Positions 1 through 10,033 are shown, counted from the stretch's first letter. The stretch: DNA of 64,000 nucleotides from an uncultured virus (IMG/VR IMGVR_UViG_3300029985_000038) (IMGVR_UViG_3300029985_000038); one strand, 5' to 3'. The notes: generated by a model not told the origin, from the sequence alone. A program made the numbers and translations.

Positions 1-133
1 TTTACGTAGTGCAAAAACAGTAGCAGATACAGATAATGACAAAATTAGGAATTATCCCTTTTTGTCAAAAATCATTCAAGCCATTTTTGAGACTGAGAAT
101 CCCCAATAAAAAATCAAGAGGTATACTCTGATC

Positions 134-577
134 ATGCCAGTAGAGATTTTTACTAAAGAAGAGTTTCAAGAAGCTATGCCACCGAAAGCAACTTGTTTAG
201 GTTTAAATAAAGGTGAATTAATTTGGGCTATTCCAATGCCTCATCCTAAACTCCGTATTGTTGTAAGATCATCAATCCATAGTCAAGGGCAATCTGCTGC
301 ATGTGGGGAAGATTCTATACGTCTTTGGCTTGAAGGATTTGATGGCAAAAACTGGTATACAATGGGTCAAAAACCAGATGATTATACCAATCGTGTAAAA
401 GGATGGCAACAACGAATTAAGGGCAAAATTAGAGATGTTGCAAAAATTGCCTGTAAAGTTCCAAAGGACTTAATACTACAAGATGGCGATAAGATTTTCT
501 TTGTGAAGAAAGAATGCCCCAACAAAGGTAGACCTTTTTTGCAATCGCAAGGAAAGTTCGTTAGGTTTCTGGCATAG
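134..577 (+). CDS. Hypothetical protein, C-terminal GRF-zinc-finger-like motif (VKKECPNKGRPF)
   Basis: ATG 6 nt after repeat -10 box; ORF track. Confidence 0.75.
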   Translation: MPVEIFTKEEFQEAMPPKATCLGLNKGELIWAIPMPHPKLRIVVRSSIHSQGQSAACGEDSIRLWLEGFDGKNWYTMGQKPDDYTNRVKGWQQRIKGKIRDVAKIACKVPKDLILQDGDKIFFVKKECPNKGRPFLQSQGKFVRFLA

Positions 578-648
578 GGATTTTTAAAATCCCCAATAGA
601 GAATTAAGAGGTATACTCTATTCATAGAACGACGGGAGCTAAACTAAA

Positions 649-2229
649 ATGCCTACAATGTACAATAAAAAGCAGTATACCGGTCACCGAAAAAGTTATG
701 GTGCGCCAAAAGTTGAAGCGGGTCTAAGATCAAATGAGGTTCTTCCTACACCTAACAAGTATGGTATTGCAATCTTGGAAGAACTCAAAAACTCCAACAG
801 GAATATTGCAATTCGCGGAGTTGCAGGGTGCGGTAAGACTACGATGCTTCGACAGATTGTAGCATCTTTGACATCACTGCAACGACAGCGAACAACGGTT
901 ATCGCTTTTGGTAATGATATTGCAAAAGAACTCAAAGTAGTTCTACCGGTTGATGTTGATTCCAGTACAGCACACTCGAAAGGCTTAAAAATGCTTCGAG
1001 AGTCAAAAACGCCAACGAGTAACATTGATGCAAATAAGTACAATACCATACTCAAAAATGAGATGGACTTGCAAGGTTATGACTTTGAAACTTTAGGTTT
1101 CGATGAACTGCAAGATACTGATGCAGCACTAAAGTTGTGTCAATTGAATTTAGTAGATCCTCTTTCAGAAGATTTTGCCCTTATGTTGGCACATTATGGA
1201 ATCTCACCATACAAGAATATGGCGCAAAGCATTGCCGTTGCAATGGAATATGGCGCAAGTGATGAAGGAATCTTGCGACATGGAATCAGTTTTACTGATA
1301 TGGTTTATCTTCCAATTCGTAAGGGTTTGAAACCTAGTTACACTTATGATCTAGTTCTAGTTGATGAATGTCAAGACCTTTCAAATGCACTTGCACGTTT
1401 GGCAAAAATGCACATGTCACCAAATGGCAGAATGATCGTTGTAGGTGATCCGCGACAGGCAATTTTTGGGTTTGCAGGGGCAAACCCTGAAAGTTATCAT
1501 TCTCTTGTAAAAGAGCTTGATGCCATCGAATTACCTTTAAGCGTATGCTATCGTTGCCCAAAGTCACACATAGACTTAGCTAACGAAAATTTACCGGATA
1601 TGGGAATGGAAGCTAAAGAGAATGCTATAGACGGGATAATCACTAATCATTCTTATGAGGATGGCTTAGAACTTCTTATGAGTGGGGATATGGTTGTATG
1701 TAGAACTAATGCCCCAATTTTAGGTATGGCTTTTGCACTTCTTAAAATCGGGAAACCGGTTACCGTACCGGGTAGGGAAATTACTACGCAAGTTGCTAAT
1801 ATTGCAAAAAAGATTTTGGGTAAAAAACCATTTAGTTCACTATTGGATTTACTACCTGAGTGGTTGGATAATGAAGTAATGATGTTAGCAAAAAGACGTA
1901 ATTCGGAACTTCAAATTGCAACCGCGCAAGATAAAAAGGAATGTCTCACTATTCTTGCAGAACGGGCTATGTCAGAAGGGGTTACTACAATTAGTGGTTT
2001 TACACAATTTTGCAAAGATCTATTCCCTAATAGAACTCAGTCGATTAAGTTATGTTCTGTACATAAGGCGAAAGGTTTGGAAGCTAATAGGGTGTTTATT
2101 CTTCAGCCTGAGTTAATGCCGCTAAAGATGCCTCAAAAGTGGCAACAAGAACAAGAACTATACTTGAAGAATGTTGCACTAACTCGTTCAAAGAATCATC
2201 TCGGCTTTATCGCAAAGAAGCGACGATAA
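649..2229 (+). CDS. UvrD/Rep-like superfamily 1 helicase
   Basis: Walker A GVAGCGKTT, DECQD, VGDPRQAIFGF, HKAKGLE, VALTRSK; GGGAG SD upstream. Confidence 0.92.
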   Translation: MPTMYNKKQYTGHRKSYGAPKVEAGLRSNEVLPTPNKYGIAILEELKNSNRNIAIRGVAGCGKTTMLRQIVASLTSLQRQRTTVIAFGNDIAKELKVVLPVDVDSSTAHSKGLKMLRESKTPTSNIDANKYNTILKNEMDLQGYDFETLGFDELQDTDAALKLCQLNLVDPLSEDFALMLAHYGISPYKNMAQSIAVAMEYGASDEGILRHGISFTDMVYLPIRKGLKPSYTYDLVLVDECQDLSNALARLAKMHMSPNGRMIVVGDPRQAIFGFAGANPESYHSLVKELDAIELPLSVCYRCPKSHIDLANENLPDMGMEAKENAIDGIITNHSYEDGLELLMSGDMVVCRTNAPILGMAFALLKIGKPVTVPGREITTQVANIAKKILGKKPFSSLLDLLPEWLDNEVMMLAKRRNSELQIATAQDKKECLTILAERAMSEGVTTISGFTQFCKDLFPNRTQSIKLCSVHKAKGLEANRVFILQPELMPLKMPQKWQQEQELYLKNVALTRSKNHLGFIAKKRR

Positions 2230-2291
2230 GGAGTCTTAGGAGTCCAAGCCCTTAAAATCCCCAACGGGGGATTTTAAGGTATACTCAAATC

Positions 2292-2460
2292 ACAGTAAGG
2301 GTAAGAAACTAGAGGAACAAAGTCTAACCTATTAGTGATCGCGAAACTAATCACTGTAAAAAATCTGTAAAGCACTTGAAAGGGTGTGGTTTAGATACCC
2401 GGAAGGTAAGCTAATAAGATTTAAAAGTAAGAAACCTTCAGAAAGTTTCTTGCTTTTGTT
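2292..2460 (+). ncRNA. Candidate small RNA (repeat promoter to terminator, no ORF at +1)
   Basis: Promoter -10 at 2280, +1 is ACA not ATG; terminator 2423-2460. Confidence 0.45.
2423..2460 (+). terminator. Intrinsic terminator
   Basis: AAAAGTAAGAAAC / GTTTCTTGCTTTT stem plus U tract; near-identical to 5317-5354. Confidence 0.8.
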
Positions 2461-3157
2461 TTCCTTGAAACATTTATGATCTATGATTTGTTTTAGTGTA
2501 TAGATCAAACCCTACATCAAAAATAGGGAATAAAATTTGTGATTCTAAGGGCTATTTATGCTGTCTTGGAATATAATAAGGGCGCGGTCCTAAAGGCGCT
2601 TAAAAACGATTCTAGAGGCTTGGAATGGTGCTATAGGTTAGAATTAGGTTTAGGATATGGGTTTCCTGATTGGAATTAAAAATCCCCAATAGAGAAACTC
2701 AAGGTATACTAGAAACGTAACCGAGTAGGATATTAAAGAAAAAAGCGTAAGCAGATAGTTGTGAAATATTGGATAATCCATAAATTAGCTTAAAAATCTA
2801 TGATGGTCTTATGGGAGATGTATGTTATCTCACTACATTTAATCGGTAAAGATACGGTAATAAGCGTACTAGTAACATCATGCGATAAGTACATTCGTGT
2901 GTATATGCCAGAAGAATGCTTTAAAAATTTGCCCATTCTGTAAAATCCCCAATAGGGGAAACTGAGGTATACTCTAAACATGAAGTAAACAAGAACTAAG
3001 AAACAAAACCAAGTATAATTTTTCTCGTCCTTCTCCACTACCGAGTAAGTAACTCAAGGAAGCTTGAATATCCAAATGAGACAGTTTCAGCAAGGTGATC
3101 TACCACCGCCCTCTAAATAAACTTTATACCACTTACTAAATTTAAAAGCGCCTCCAA

Positions 3158-3197
3158 GACTAAGGGCAAGACATGAGTTTCTTGCCCTTAGTCGTTT
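3158..3197 (+). terminator. Intrinsic terminator
   Basis: GACTAAGGGCAAGA / TCTTGCCCTTAGTC inverted repeat. Confidence 0.8.
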
Positions 3198-3326
3198 ATC
3201 AAATTCTTGAGATGTTATCTATTCTTTCGGAGTATTAGTGTATAGATCGAACCCTAACCCGAAAATAGGGAAAACTCCGAAACTCCCAAATTTCCCCAAC
3301 CGCTCAAAATCAGGTATACTCTAATC

Positions 3327-3563
3327 ATGACAGATTGGAACACCCCTAAACAAACTAAGACCGCTTATAAACTAGAAGCTTATGTTCCTAATTTGTCAGG
3401 ATCTTCTATTTCAACTTTAGGTGTTTGGGATGAAGATAACGCTTTAGAACTCGCACTATCAGACCTTAAAACATGGTCTGAATCAAGACCTAATTGGGAA
3501 CTTAAACTGCTTAAAATGACTACTGTAATCACAGTGGAAAATATAACCCCAACAATGGATTAA
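3327..3563 (+). CDS. Hypothetical cassette protein
   Basis: Leaderless ATG after repeat. Confidence 0.8.
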   Translation: MTDWNTPKQTKTAYKLEAYVPNLSGSSISTLGVWDEDNALELALSDLKTWSESRPNWELKLLKMTTVITVENITPTMD

Positions 3564-3579
3564 AAGGTATACTCTAATC

Positions 3580-4008
3580 ATGATAGAAATTTCACAACCC
3601 GATAGTGTGTTTATTCGCACAACTATTGATAAGTTGCAACAAGAATTAGAAATAAGATTTGGCACACGCGAAGCTATGAATAGTAATATTCTTGCAAATG
3701 CTAAAGTGGCAATTCAGATTTTGAGGGATGCGGAAATTGTGAAAATTCCAATCAAAAAAGAAACAACGCAAGAAAGTAAAGCACGAACAATTAAACATTA
3801 CCGCCGTGTTTTACCAAATTATGTTGTTACAGCAATTACATATCAAAGATCAAATGGACTTTGGATTGCGTGGGATTCAGTTGAGGGAATCCACAATAAC
3901 AATTTTCCAACAGAAGAAGATGCAAAAAAATCTCTAGAACCAGAATCTTGGCATAACCCAGAATGTGAATGGGAAATATCCCCAATAGACAAACTAGAGG
4001 TATACTAG
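3580..4008 (+). CDS. Hypothetical cassette protein
   Basis: Leaderless ATG after repeat; C-terminus reads through next repeat. Confidence 0.8.
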   Translation: MIEISQPDSVFIRTTIDKLQQELEIRFGTREAMNSNILANAKVAIQILRDAEIVKIPIKKETTQESKARTIKHYRRVLPNYVVTAITYQRSNGLWIAWDSVEGIHNNNFPTEEDAKKSLEPESWHNPECEWEISPIDKLEVY

Positions 4009-4012
4009 AATC

Positions 4013-4357
4013 ATGGTTAATATCGGAATCTATGACCAAAACAAAAATTTGATTGGCTACAAGGCTGATACTTTTTGGACTTTGACTAAAATCAAGGATC
4101 ATGCAAAAAGTCACTCATTGTTTCTTGGCGAAATCCCAGCAAATATTATTGATAACTTGCAAATCATCTTAAAAGGTAAAGATACTGCAATAGATACTGC
4201 AATAGATGATAAGCGCTCTGTTCTTGATGCACTCATAAATGTTGCGTACCAAAATATAGGTGATTCAAATAACCTACTAGTAGGTTATGAACAAGAGGAT
4301 TATTCAGAAGTTACTATTACCCATAAGATTACAAATGGTATACTCTCACCATTGTAA
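4013..4357 (+). CDS. Hypothetical cassette protein
   Basis: Leaderless ATG after repeat. Confidence 0.8.
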   Translation: MVNIGIYDQNKNLIGYKADTFWTLTKIKDHAKSHSLFLGEIPANIIDNLQIILKGKDTAIDTAIDDKRSVLDALINVAYQNIGDSNNLLVGYEQEDYSEVTITHKITNGILSPL

Positions 4358-4409
4358 CGCGACTCAAATAAAAATCCCCAACAGGAAGAAATAAGGTATA
4401 TTTAACTTA

Positions 4410-5060
4410 ATGAAGCTCACTAAAAATGGAAGAACTGTGATTGTGCAAGGTATGGTACATCATTGTTTCCCTTTTTTCTATTCTATTGTGCAAAAAGAAC
4501 TTGACCTAGCACAAGAAAATAATATGCAAATTATTGCAGAAGGAGTGGATATGGAACAAAATAGAACTTTATCTTCTAGATATCTTGAAGCTTGGTTTAA
4601 TTATGGTAATGAACTAACGCGATACATTGGATTATCTAACCAACATGTGTTGAATTATCCTGAAAATACTAATTGGATAGATGTAACTGGAAGTGAAGTG
4701 TCTGAAGTTATGTACGCTCACAAAACTAGACGTGATATTGCTAAAAAACGATTATCACGTATCCGCTTGATGCAAAAGAAAACCCAATCATGGATTATTT
4801 TTGTTATACTCGCTTTTTATCTTTTTGTTATTATTAACACTTTGGTTCATATCCCTTCGATCATTATTCCATTAGCTATCATTGTTTTAGTAACTAATTG
4901 GATTAAAACACGCAAAGAAAATAAAGTCTTATTAGATAAGCGTAATCGTGTTGTAGTAGATTTTATTAACAATTCTGATGCAAAAGAACTTTATGTAATG
5001 TATGGATTTGCTCATTTACGCGGAATGCGGAAACTTCTAAAAGCTAGTGATTGGAAATAA
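4410..5060 (+). CDS. Membrane protein, weak TraB/GumN-like motifs
   Basis: Two hydrophobic segments; AEGV, RN and YGFAHLRGM motifs. Confidence 0.55.
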   Translation: MKLTKNGRTVIVQGMVHHCFPFFYSIVQKELDLAQENNMQIIAEGVDMEQNRTLSSRYLEAWFNYGNELTRYIGLSNQHVLNYPENTNWIDVTGSEVSEVMYAHKTRRDIAKKRLSRIRLMQKKTQSWIIFVILAFYLFVIINTLVHIPSIIIPLAIIVLVTNWIKTRKENKVLLDKRNRVVVDFINNSDAKELYVMYGFAHLRGMRKLLKASDWK

Positions 5061-5148
5061 AAATCCCCAATAGGTTTTACTGAGGTATACTCCAAGTGTG
5101 AAGTCCGAAAGACTCACAAGACAGACAAAAAAGGAAGGTACGGACGAA

Positions 5149-5307
5149 ATGACTGAAAATGTAAACGTAATCTCTCGCAATGATAAGGGTAACAAGGCTA
5201 TGGTAATCGTTACCAACGACCAGTACCCAAAGGGTAAGACAATGCACTTGGTTCTATCCAAGGAAGGTTGGACGGACTCCAAGGGTAGGACGGGGTACAA
5301 GGTCTAA
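5149..5307 (+). CDS. Small hypothetical protein (leadered; alternative GTG start at 5098)
   Basis: AAGGAAGG SD before ATG 5149; followed by terminator. Confidence 0.65.
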   Translation: MTENVNVISRNDKGNKAMVIVTNDQYPKGKTMHLVLSKEGWTDSKGRTGYKV

Positions 5308-5316
5308 GGACCTTGC

Positions 5317-5354
5317 AAGAGCAAGAAACCTTCAGAAAGTTTCTTGCTCTTTTT
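5317..5354 (+). terminator. Intrinsic terminator
   Basis: AAGAGCAAGAAAC / GTTTCTTGCTCTT plus U tract. Confidence 0.85.
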
Positions 5355-5468
5355 GATTTATCAGTTCCTTTAGATGTCATCTATTCTTTTAGTGTATAGA
5401 TCGACACGTCAGCAGAAAATGGGGAAACCAAAATTCCCCAATACACAGAATTAAGGTATACTAAAAAC

Positions 5469-5654
5469 ATGGACATTGAAATTCAAATTGAAAGAATGCG
5501 AGAGTTACTCATTCTCCGTGGACATAATGGTGCTTTTGCAGGACCTAATCCGATTTCTTACTGGTCTTCTGAAGAAGTTATGGAAAAATTCCAAGAACTG
5601 TATCAGCCAGAATATGACATGATGATGTCAGGAATCCCCAACTACCAAAACTGA
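5469..5654 (+). CDS. Hypothetical cassette protein
   Basis: Leaderless ATG after repeat. Confidence 0.75.
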   Translation: MDIEIQIERMRELLILRGHNGAFAGPNPISYWSSEEVMEKFQELYQPEYDMMMSGIPNYQN

Positions 5655-5668
5655 GGTATACTCTAAAC

Positions 5669-6067
5669 ATGGAAAAACTCTATAAACAACGTATCGTTGT
5701 TGAAATTCTCACTCAAGATCCAGATGCAAGTCGCAAAGATCTGTTCGATATCCTTTTTAGAATTACCAATGGTGATGATTCTGGTGTTGTCACTGTTGGA
5801 TCATTACAGGAAATTGCAATTGCTGATATTGTTAAAGAGATTGTAAACCAAGACAGTGATCCTTCATTCTTTTATCCAATCTTTGAGAAATTGCAAATTG
5901 GTGACTCTGTTGAAGTTCCAGAACCGCAAGAAGGTGACTCTTGGCATTTTGAATTTTCTGGAACGGTTATTGAAATCAAAGGAGATAATGATGAAATTGC
6001 AACAGTAGAAGATCAGGATTCTAACTTCTATGATGTTGAAATTGTACGACTAGAACTTGGGGACTAA
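5669..6067 (+). CDS. Acidic hypothetical protein, possible C-terminal SH3/KOW-like barrel
   Basis: Leaderless ATG after repeat; LQIGDSVEV...GTVIEI pattern. Confidence 0.75.
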   Translation: MEKLYKQRIVVEILTQDPDASRKDLFDILFRITNGDDSGVVTVGSLQEIAIADIVKEIVNQDSDPSFFYPIFEKLQIGDSVEVPEPQEGDSWHFEFSGTVIEIKGDNDEIATVEDQDSNFYDVEIVRLELGD

Positions 6068-6104
6068 AAATCCCCAATAGACAAAATAGAGGTATACTCT
6101 AAAC

Positions 6105-6401
6105 ATGACCGCTCAGCAACTAATCAATCAGCAGATTTTTGTTAAGTCAGAATGGCAGGTAGGTAACACCTATGGACTATTCTGGAAGAATTCTTATCTA
6201 GACGATTGGAACCTTCTTGCAAATGTAGAGGGAATGACTCTGGCAAATCAAATCTGCCAGAAGTTTCACAGAACCAACGAAACCATTGAAAGCCTCAAAG
6301 CTTACATGAATGATCTTTATAGCAATATCCAAAAGGATGCAGAAGCAAATCATGATGCTTCTCTGGTTGCAAAGCTTGAACTTGTTACAAGGATGAATTA
6401 A
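6105..6401 (+). CDS. Hypothetical cassette protein
   Basis: Leaderless ATG after repeat. Confidence 0.8.
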   Translation: MTAQQLINQQIFVKSEWQVGNTYGLFWKNSYLDDWNLLANVEGMTLANQICQKFHRTNETIESLKAYMNDLYSNIQKDAEANHDASLVAKLELVTRMN

Positions 6402-6402
6402 A

Positions 6403-6828
6403 ATGGATGATGTCACTTTTATTGAGGATCGAATTGGTAATCCTATTTTTGCTTTAGAGACTAATCTGCATTCTCTCACACGTCGGCTTGAACCTGACAA
6501 TGCAGAAACAGCACAAATCATGGAAGATATTCAAGGTAACTTAGAGACGCTTAAAGCACGTCTTAAAGAGGTTACTACTCACTTCTTTATTAAGGCTACA
6601 ACTATTACTCTAGTTGTTGATAGCTACGCAGGTACAGAACTTCAAAAGCACTCAGAAACCGATTTTTTAGCCTATGTGCGTGAATCTCTGGAACACTCCT
6701 ATTATGCCCTTCTATGGTCAACCTCGAACCAAATAGAGGCATACATCAAGGTAAACGGTTTAACCTATCATGTTCGATTCCATCAAAACTCTCAAGAATC
6801 CCCAACGGAGGTATTAGAGGTATACTAG
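6403..6828 (+). CDS. Hypothetical protein coupled to upstream gene
   Basis: TAA-A-ATG junction; lacks its own repeat. Confidence 0.7.
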   Translation: MDDVTFIEDRIGNPIFALETNLHSLTRRLEPDNAETAQIMEDIQGNLETLKARLKEVTTHFFIKATTITLVVDSYAGTELQKHSETDFLAYVRESLEHSYYALLWSTSNQIEAYIKVNGLTYHVRFHQNSQESPTEVLEVY

Positions 6829-6832
6829 GAAT

Positions 6833-6937
6833 ATGGATAGAGATAGAATTTTAAAAATCACATTGATTGCTATGATAGTTATTGCAATCATCGTTCAATT
6901 CTTCTTTAATCCAACTCCAAATAAGTTTTGGTTTTAA
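6833..6937 (+). CDS. 34-aa single-pass membrane peptide MDRDRILKITLIAMIVIAIIVQFFFNPTPNKFWF
   Basis: Translated by hand; ATG 6 nt after repeat, stop abuts next repeat. Confidence 0.75.
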   Translation: MDRDRILKITLIAMIVIAIIVQFFFNPTPNKFWF

Positions 6938-6972
6938 ATCCCCAATAAAAGAATTGGAGGTATACTAGGAAT

Positions 6973-7191
6973 ATGGACGCAAGATTTGCTAACCTTGAGG
7001 GAGAAACCCTGTTCAACGAGCTACTAAAAGCTAAGGTAATTTTCGGTTTGGGAGAGGATGGGGTACCAGCCGCATCTCTTCCCTTGATGAAGGAATATGG
7101 CATCGGCAACGCTGATATCACTAGGGTTTTTGATACCCCGCTCTGGATTCCTGTAAAGTGGATACCAGAACATGCCGCAACTGTGGAGTAA
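6973..7191 (+). CDS. Hypothetical cassette protein
   Basis: Leaderless ATG after repeat. Confidence 0.8.
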   Translation: MDARFANLEGETLFNELLKAKVIFGLGEDGVPAASLPLMKEYGIGNADITRVFDTPLWIPVKWIPEHAATVE

Positions 7192-7225
7192 TCCCCAATA
7201 AAAGAATAAGAGGTATACTATAAGC

Positions 7226-7606
7226 ATGACTTACCTTAATGATCGTGTTGAATGGATTGCAGTTGAGACGATCATTAAGGGTGGTTGGTGTAGCGTTGAT
7301 TCTAGCGCCATCAATCAACGACCTGTCAAGAAACTAACTCTTAAAGAGTGGCGTAGTCTTTTGCGATATAAGCGCAAAGACGAATGCTATGAGTACTCTT
7401 ACAACAAACTTAAAACTGAGGGCTTCCGAATGGCACTTTGTTATAGTGTTGGAGAATATGGTGGAGAAGAAATTTTCTTGCATGAGAATGGTCATCATCG
7501 TCTTGCCGCTGCAATTGCACTAGGATATAAATATATTCCTTACATTCGCGGTACTTACTTGACGCTTGCCAACTTCAACGAGGAAGAACTGATTTATCCC
7601 CAATAA
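7226..7606 (+). CDS. ParB/sulfiredoxin-like domain protein
   Basis: NGHHRLAAAIALG motif. Confidence 0.65.
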   Translation: MTYLNDRVEWIAVETIIKGGWCSVDSSAINQRPVKKLTLKEWRSLLRYKRKDECYEYSYNKLKTEGFRMALCYSVGEYGGEEIFLHENGHHRLAAAIALGYKYIPYIRGTYLTLANFNEEELIYPQ

Positions 7607-7630
7607 AATAATAAGAGGTATACTCAGATC

Positions 7631-7729
7631 ATGACAAAGAACAATACTCCTAAGACCCCTAAGAAGATCCTGAAGAAGTTTAAAAAGTTCAAAAAGCTTT
7701 TCGAGTCCTCCCAGAAGAGAGGCGACTGA
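7631..7729 (+). CDS. 32-aa Lys-rich peptide MTKNNTPKTPKKILKKFKKFKKLFESSQKRGD
   Basis: Translated by hand; leaderless ATG after repeat. Confidence 0.75.
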   Translation: MTKNNTPKTPKKILKKFKKFKKLFESSQKRGD

Positions 7730-7850
7730 GGGATAAAAGGAGGTTTTCCCTCTTTTCTCTGTTGGGGTCTATCTATACACTAATACTCCTATACTCTCCT
7801 AAGATTCTATAAGAAATCCCCAACGACCAAACAAGAGGTATACTCTATTC

Positions 7851-8093
7851 ATGAACGTAATTCGAATCAATTCGACAATCCCAGGAAAGAATTGGCTGTA
7901 CTGGCGAAATGGTTTTCAGTTGGTTACTGGCGAATCAACTCTGCCAAACTTCGAATATGCCATCTTTTCAACGATTCAACCAGATACCAGTATCCAATAT
8001 GCGGTAAGAGTCAGAAAGCGCACCAAGTTGGAATATTTTGACAGTTGGGAAAAAGCTGACGCATATGTGGCTGGCATCATAAATCCCCAATAA
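7851..8093 (+). CDS. Hypothetical cassette protein
   Basis: Leaderless ATG after repeat. Confidence 0.8.
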   Translation: MNVIRINSTIPGKNWLYWRNGFQLVTGESTLPNFEYAIFSTIQPDTSIQYAVRVRKRTKLEYFDSWEKADAYVAGIINPQ

Positions 8094-8117
8094 GAAAACT
8101 AGAGGTATACTCAAATC

Positions 8118-8441
8118 ATGGACGACGCTAAGAGACAAGAACGAAATGCAAGGTCTGCAAAAACAGTACTTCAGTTGTTTAATGAACGGTTGGATATTGT
8201 TGTAAGCAAAGCCACTAGAGGCGATAATCTAGCATCTTTAGAGGTAATGCAACTTCTTGCTGATCGTGATTGGACTCTAAGACAACTAGGTTACGAAACC
8301 GGTGATACTGGCAGATTACGCAAATACCGCAAACCTACAAAAAAAGAACAGGTCTTAATTGATCTTTCTGCAAAAGCAATGGAAGGAGATGCGGCTGCTG
8401 CAATCAAATTGATGCAAGTAATGTCGGGGGAACAATTATAA
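8118..8441 (+). CDS. Hypothetical cassette protein
   Basis: Leaderless ATG after repeat. Confidence 0.8.
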   Translation: MDDAKRQERNARSAKTVLQLFNERLDIVVSKATRGDNLASLEVMQLLADRDWTLRQLGYETGDTGRLRKYRKPTKKEQVLIDLSAKAMEGDAAAAIKLMQVMSGEQL

Positions 8442-8476
8442 TTCCCCAATAAGAAAACTAGAGGTATACTAAGATC

Positions 8477-8779
8477 ATGGAACAAACATTGACCGCTTGG
8501 AAAGAACTCCTAGTATCTGAGGCAACAATCTGGGATAATAAGCAAGCTTTTAAAAAGCACTGGAATATTTTTGCTCTTGGAATGTATATCGAAAATATCA
8601 ATGAAGCACTCGAAGATCCTAAATTCCTTGAAGATCCAAAAGCTGCTCTTGCAAAAACGTTTATTATCCGTGGGGAAAGAGGCGGTATCTATCATCGCAA
8701 TATTCCAACAGATTTAACAAACGAACGATTTGTACTTCCATTCCTTAACTCCGCAATCAAAAAGGGAAATCCCCAATAA
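8477..8779 (+). CDS. Hypothetical cassette protein
   Basis: Leaderless ATG after repeat. Confidence 0.8.
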   Translation: MEQTLTAWKELLVSEATIWDNKQAFKKHWNIFALGMYIENINEALEDPKFLEDPKAALAKTFIIRGERGGIYHRNIPTDLTNERFVLPFLNSAIKKGNPQ

Positions 8780-8803
8780 ACAAAAAAGAGGTATACTCAA
8801 ATC

Positions 8804-8980
8804 ATGAAACTGGCTCATCAGTCCAAAATTCAAAAGGTCGCCACCTGGATTACCGAAGATGGTTACAACCTTACAACACTCCCAAAAGGAAATGATTTGA
8901 TCGCACTAGTTGCCAAAGAATACAACAAAGAACTCACTATTGCAGAAGTAGGAGAACTAGAAGCCTTGCTTGGGGAGTAA
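8804..8980 (+). CDS. 58-aa hypothetical cassette protein (MKLAHQSKIQ...LLGE)
   Basis: Translated by hand; bounded by two repeats. Confidence 0.8.
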   Translation: MKLAHQSKIQKVATWITEDGYNLTTLPKGNDLIALVAKEYNKELTIAEVGELEALLGE

Positions 8981-9016
8981 AATCCCCAATAAGAAAACTA
9001 GAGGTATACTCAAATC

Positions 9017-9268
9017 ATGGAAGAAAAAAGTACCGTTCCTAGCGAATTCGATCCTTACTGGGAAAATGGCAAAAAAATGATTTGGTTCGGTGACCATTTT
9101 GCACGTAATTACACGCGAACTCTCACAGGAAATCAAATTGACAAGTGGTACGAATTGGTACTAGCAAAAGTAACGCAACATCAAGCCTATGAACTTGACT
9201 TCATAACAGAAGTATGTCAAAGTTGCTGGAGAATTGCAGTAAAGAAATCCCCAATAAATCCCCAATAA
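9017..9268 (+). CDS. Hypothetical cassette protein
   Basis: Leaderless ATG after repeat. Confidence 0.8.
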   Translation: MEEKSTVPSEFDPYWENGKKMIWFGDHFARNYTRTLTGNQIDKWYELVLAKVTQHQAYELDFITEVCQSCWRIAVKKSPINPQ

Positions 9269-9314
9269 ATCCCCAATAAATCCCCAATAAACAAACAAGA
9301 GGTATACTCAGATC

Positions 9315-9728
9315 ATGGCACCTTTCAGATCACAAGAAGAATTAGATACAATGGAAGACTTCGAAATCATTTCGGCATACTCGCGAGAACAAGCACTGGA
9401 AGATGGAGTTCTCGTTGATATCACTAAAACTGCAAAAGAAGCTGGCGTAAAATTCCATACCGCTATGACTTCAGCCGCTTATGCAGATTGTGTCACATGG
9501 TCGCAAAAATCCGCTATGCAGGACGAATCCGGTAGGCTTTGGGATGTTGCCTATATGTTCTCTCGTGCCGCTCTAAGAAGCAAGGGAAGCCATATAACCT
9601 TTAGTCTGTATAGAGTGCCTAATACGCCACGATCACGGAATGCAAAGCCTGTAACGCTTAAAGCGGTTATAGGACCTGGAGATAACCTAGAACCAGTTAT
9701 TACAATTATGTTGCCCTCAGAAAGCTAA
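9315..9728 (+). CDS. Conserved mobile-element protein (DUF6573-like)
   Basis: YSREQALEDGVLVD, QDESGRLWDV, GPGD..EPVITIMLP motifs recalled from this family. Confidence 0.7.
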   Translation: MAPFRSQEELDTMEDFEIISAYSREQALEDGVLVDITKTAKEAGVKFHTAMTSAAYADCVTWSQKSAMQDESGRLWDVAYMFSRAALRSKGSHITFSLYRVPNTPRSRNAKPVTLKAVIGPGDNLEPVITIMLPSES

Positions 9729-9768
9729 GGAAAATCCCCAATAAACAAAAAAGAGGTATACTTAAATC

Positions 9769-9999
9769 GTGACAAAGAAACAAGTTTTAGAGTGGAATGA
9801 AGAATGTCGTAAGATTGTAAGGAATCCTGAGATTATTGCACTAAAATCTCAGGATTATAAAATTGCATCTTTAGCACAAAAAAGACGTAATAAAATTCAA
9901 ACACAAATTCAGAAGTTGCAAGCAGAATGTCAACATGTTTACAATTTCAATTTATCTAATTCTTGTTTGAAGTGTGGGCTTTTTGATGATAACGAATAA
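9769..9999 (+). CDS. Hypothetical protein with C-terminal CxH...CxxC
   Basis: GTG 6 nt after repeat. Confidence 0.75.
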   Translation: MTKKQVLEWNEECRKIVRNPEIIALKSQDYKIASLAQKRRNKIQTQIQKLQAECQHVYNFNLSNSCLKCGLFDDNE

Positions 10000-10033
10000 T
10001 CCCCAATAAAAGAATTAGAGGTATACTTAAAAC

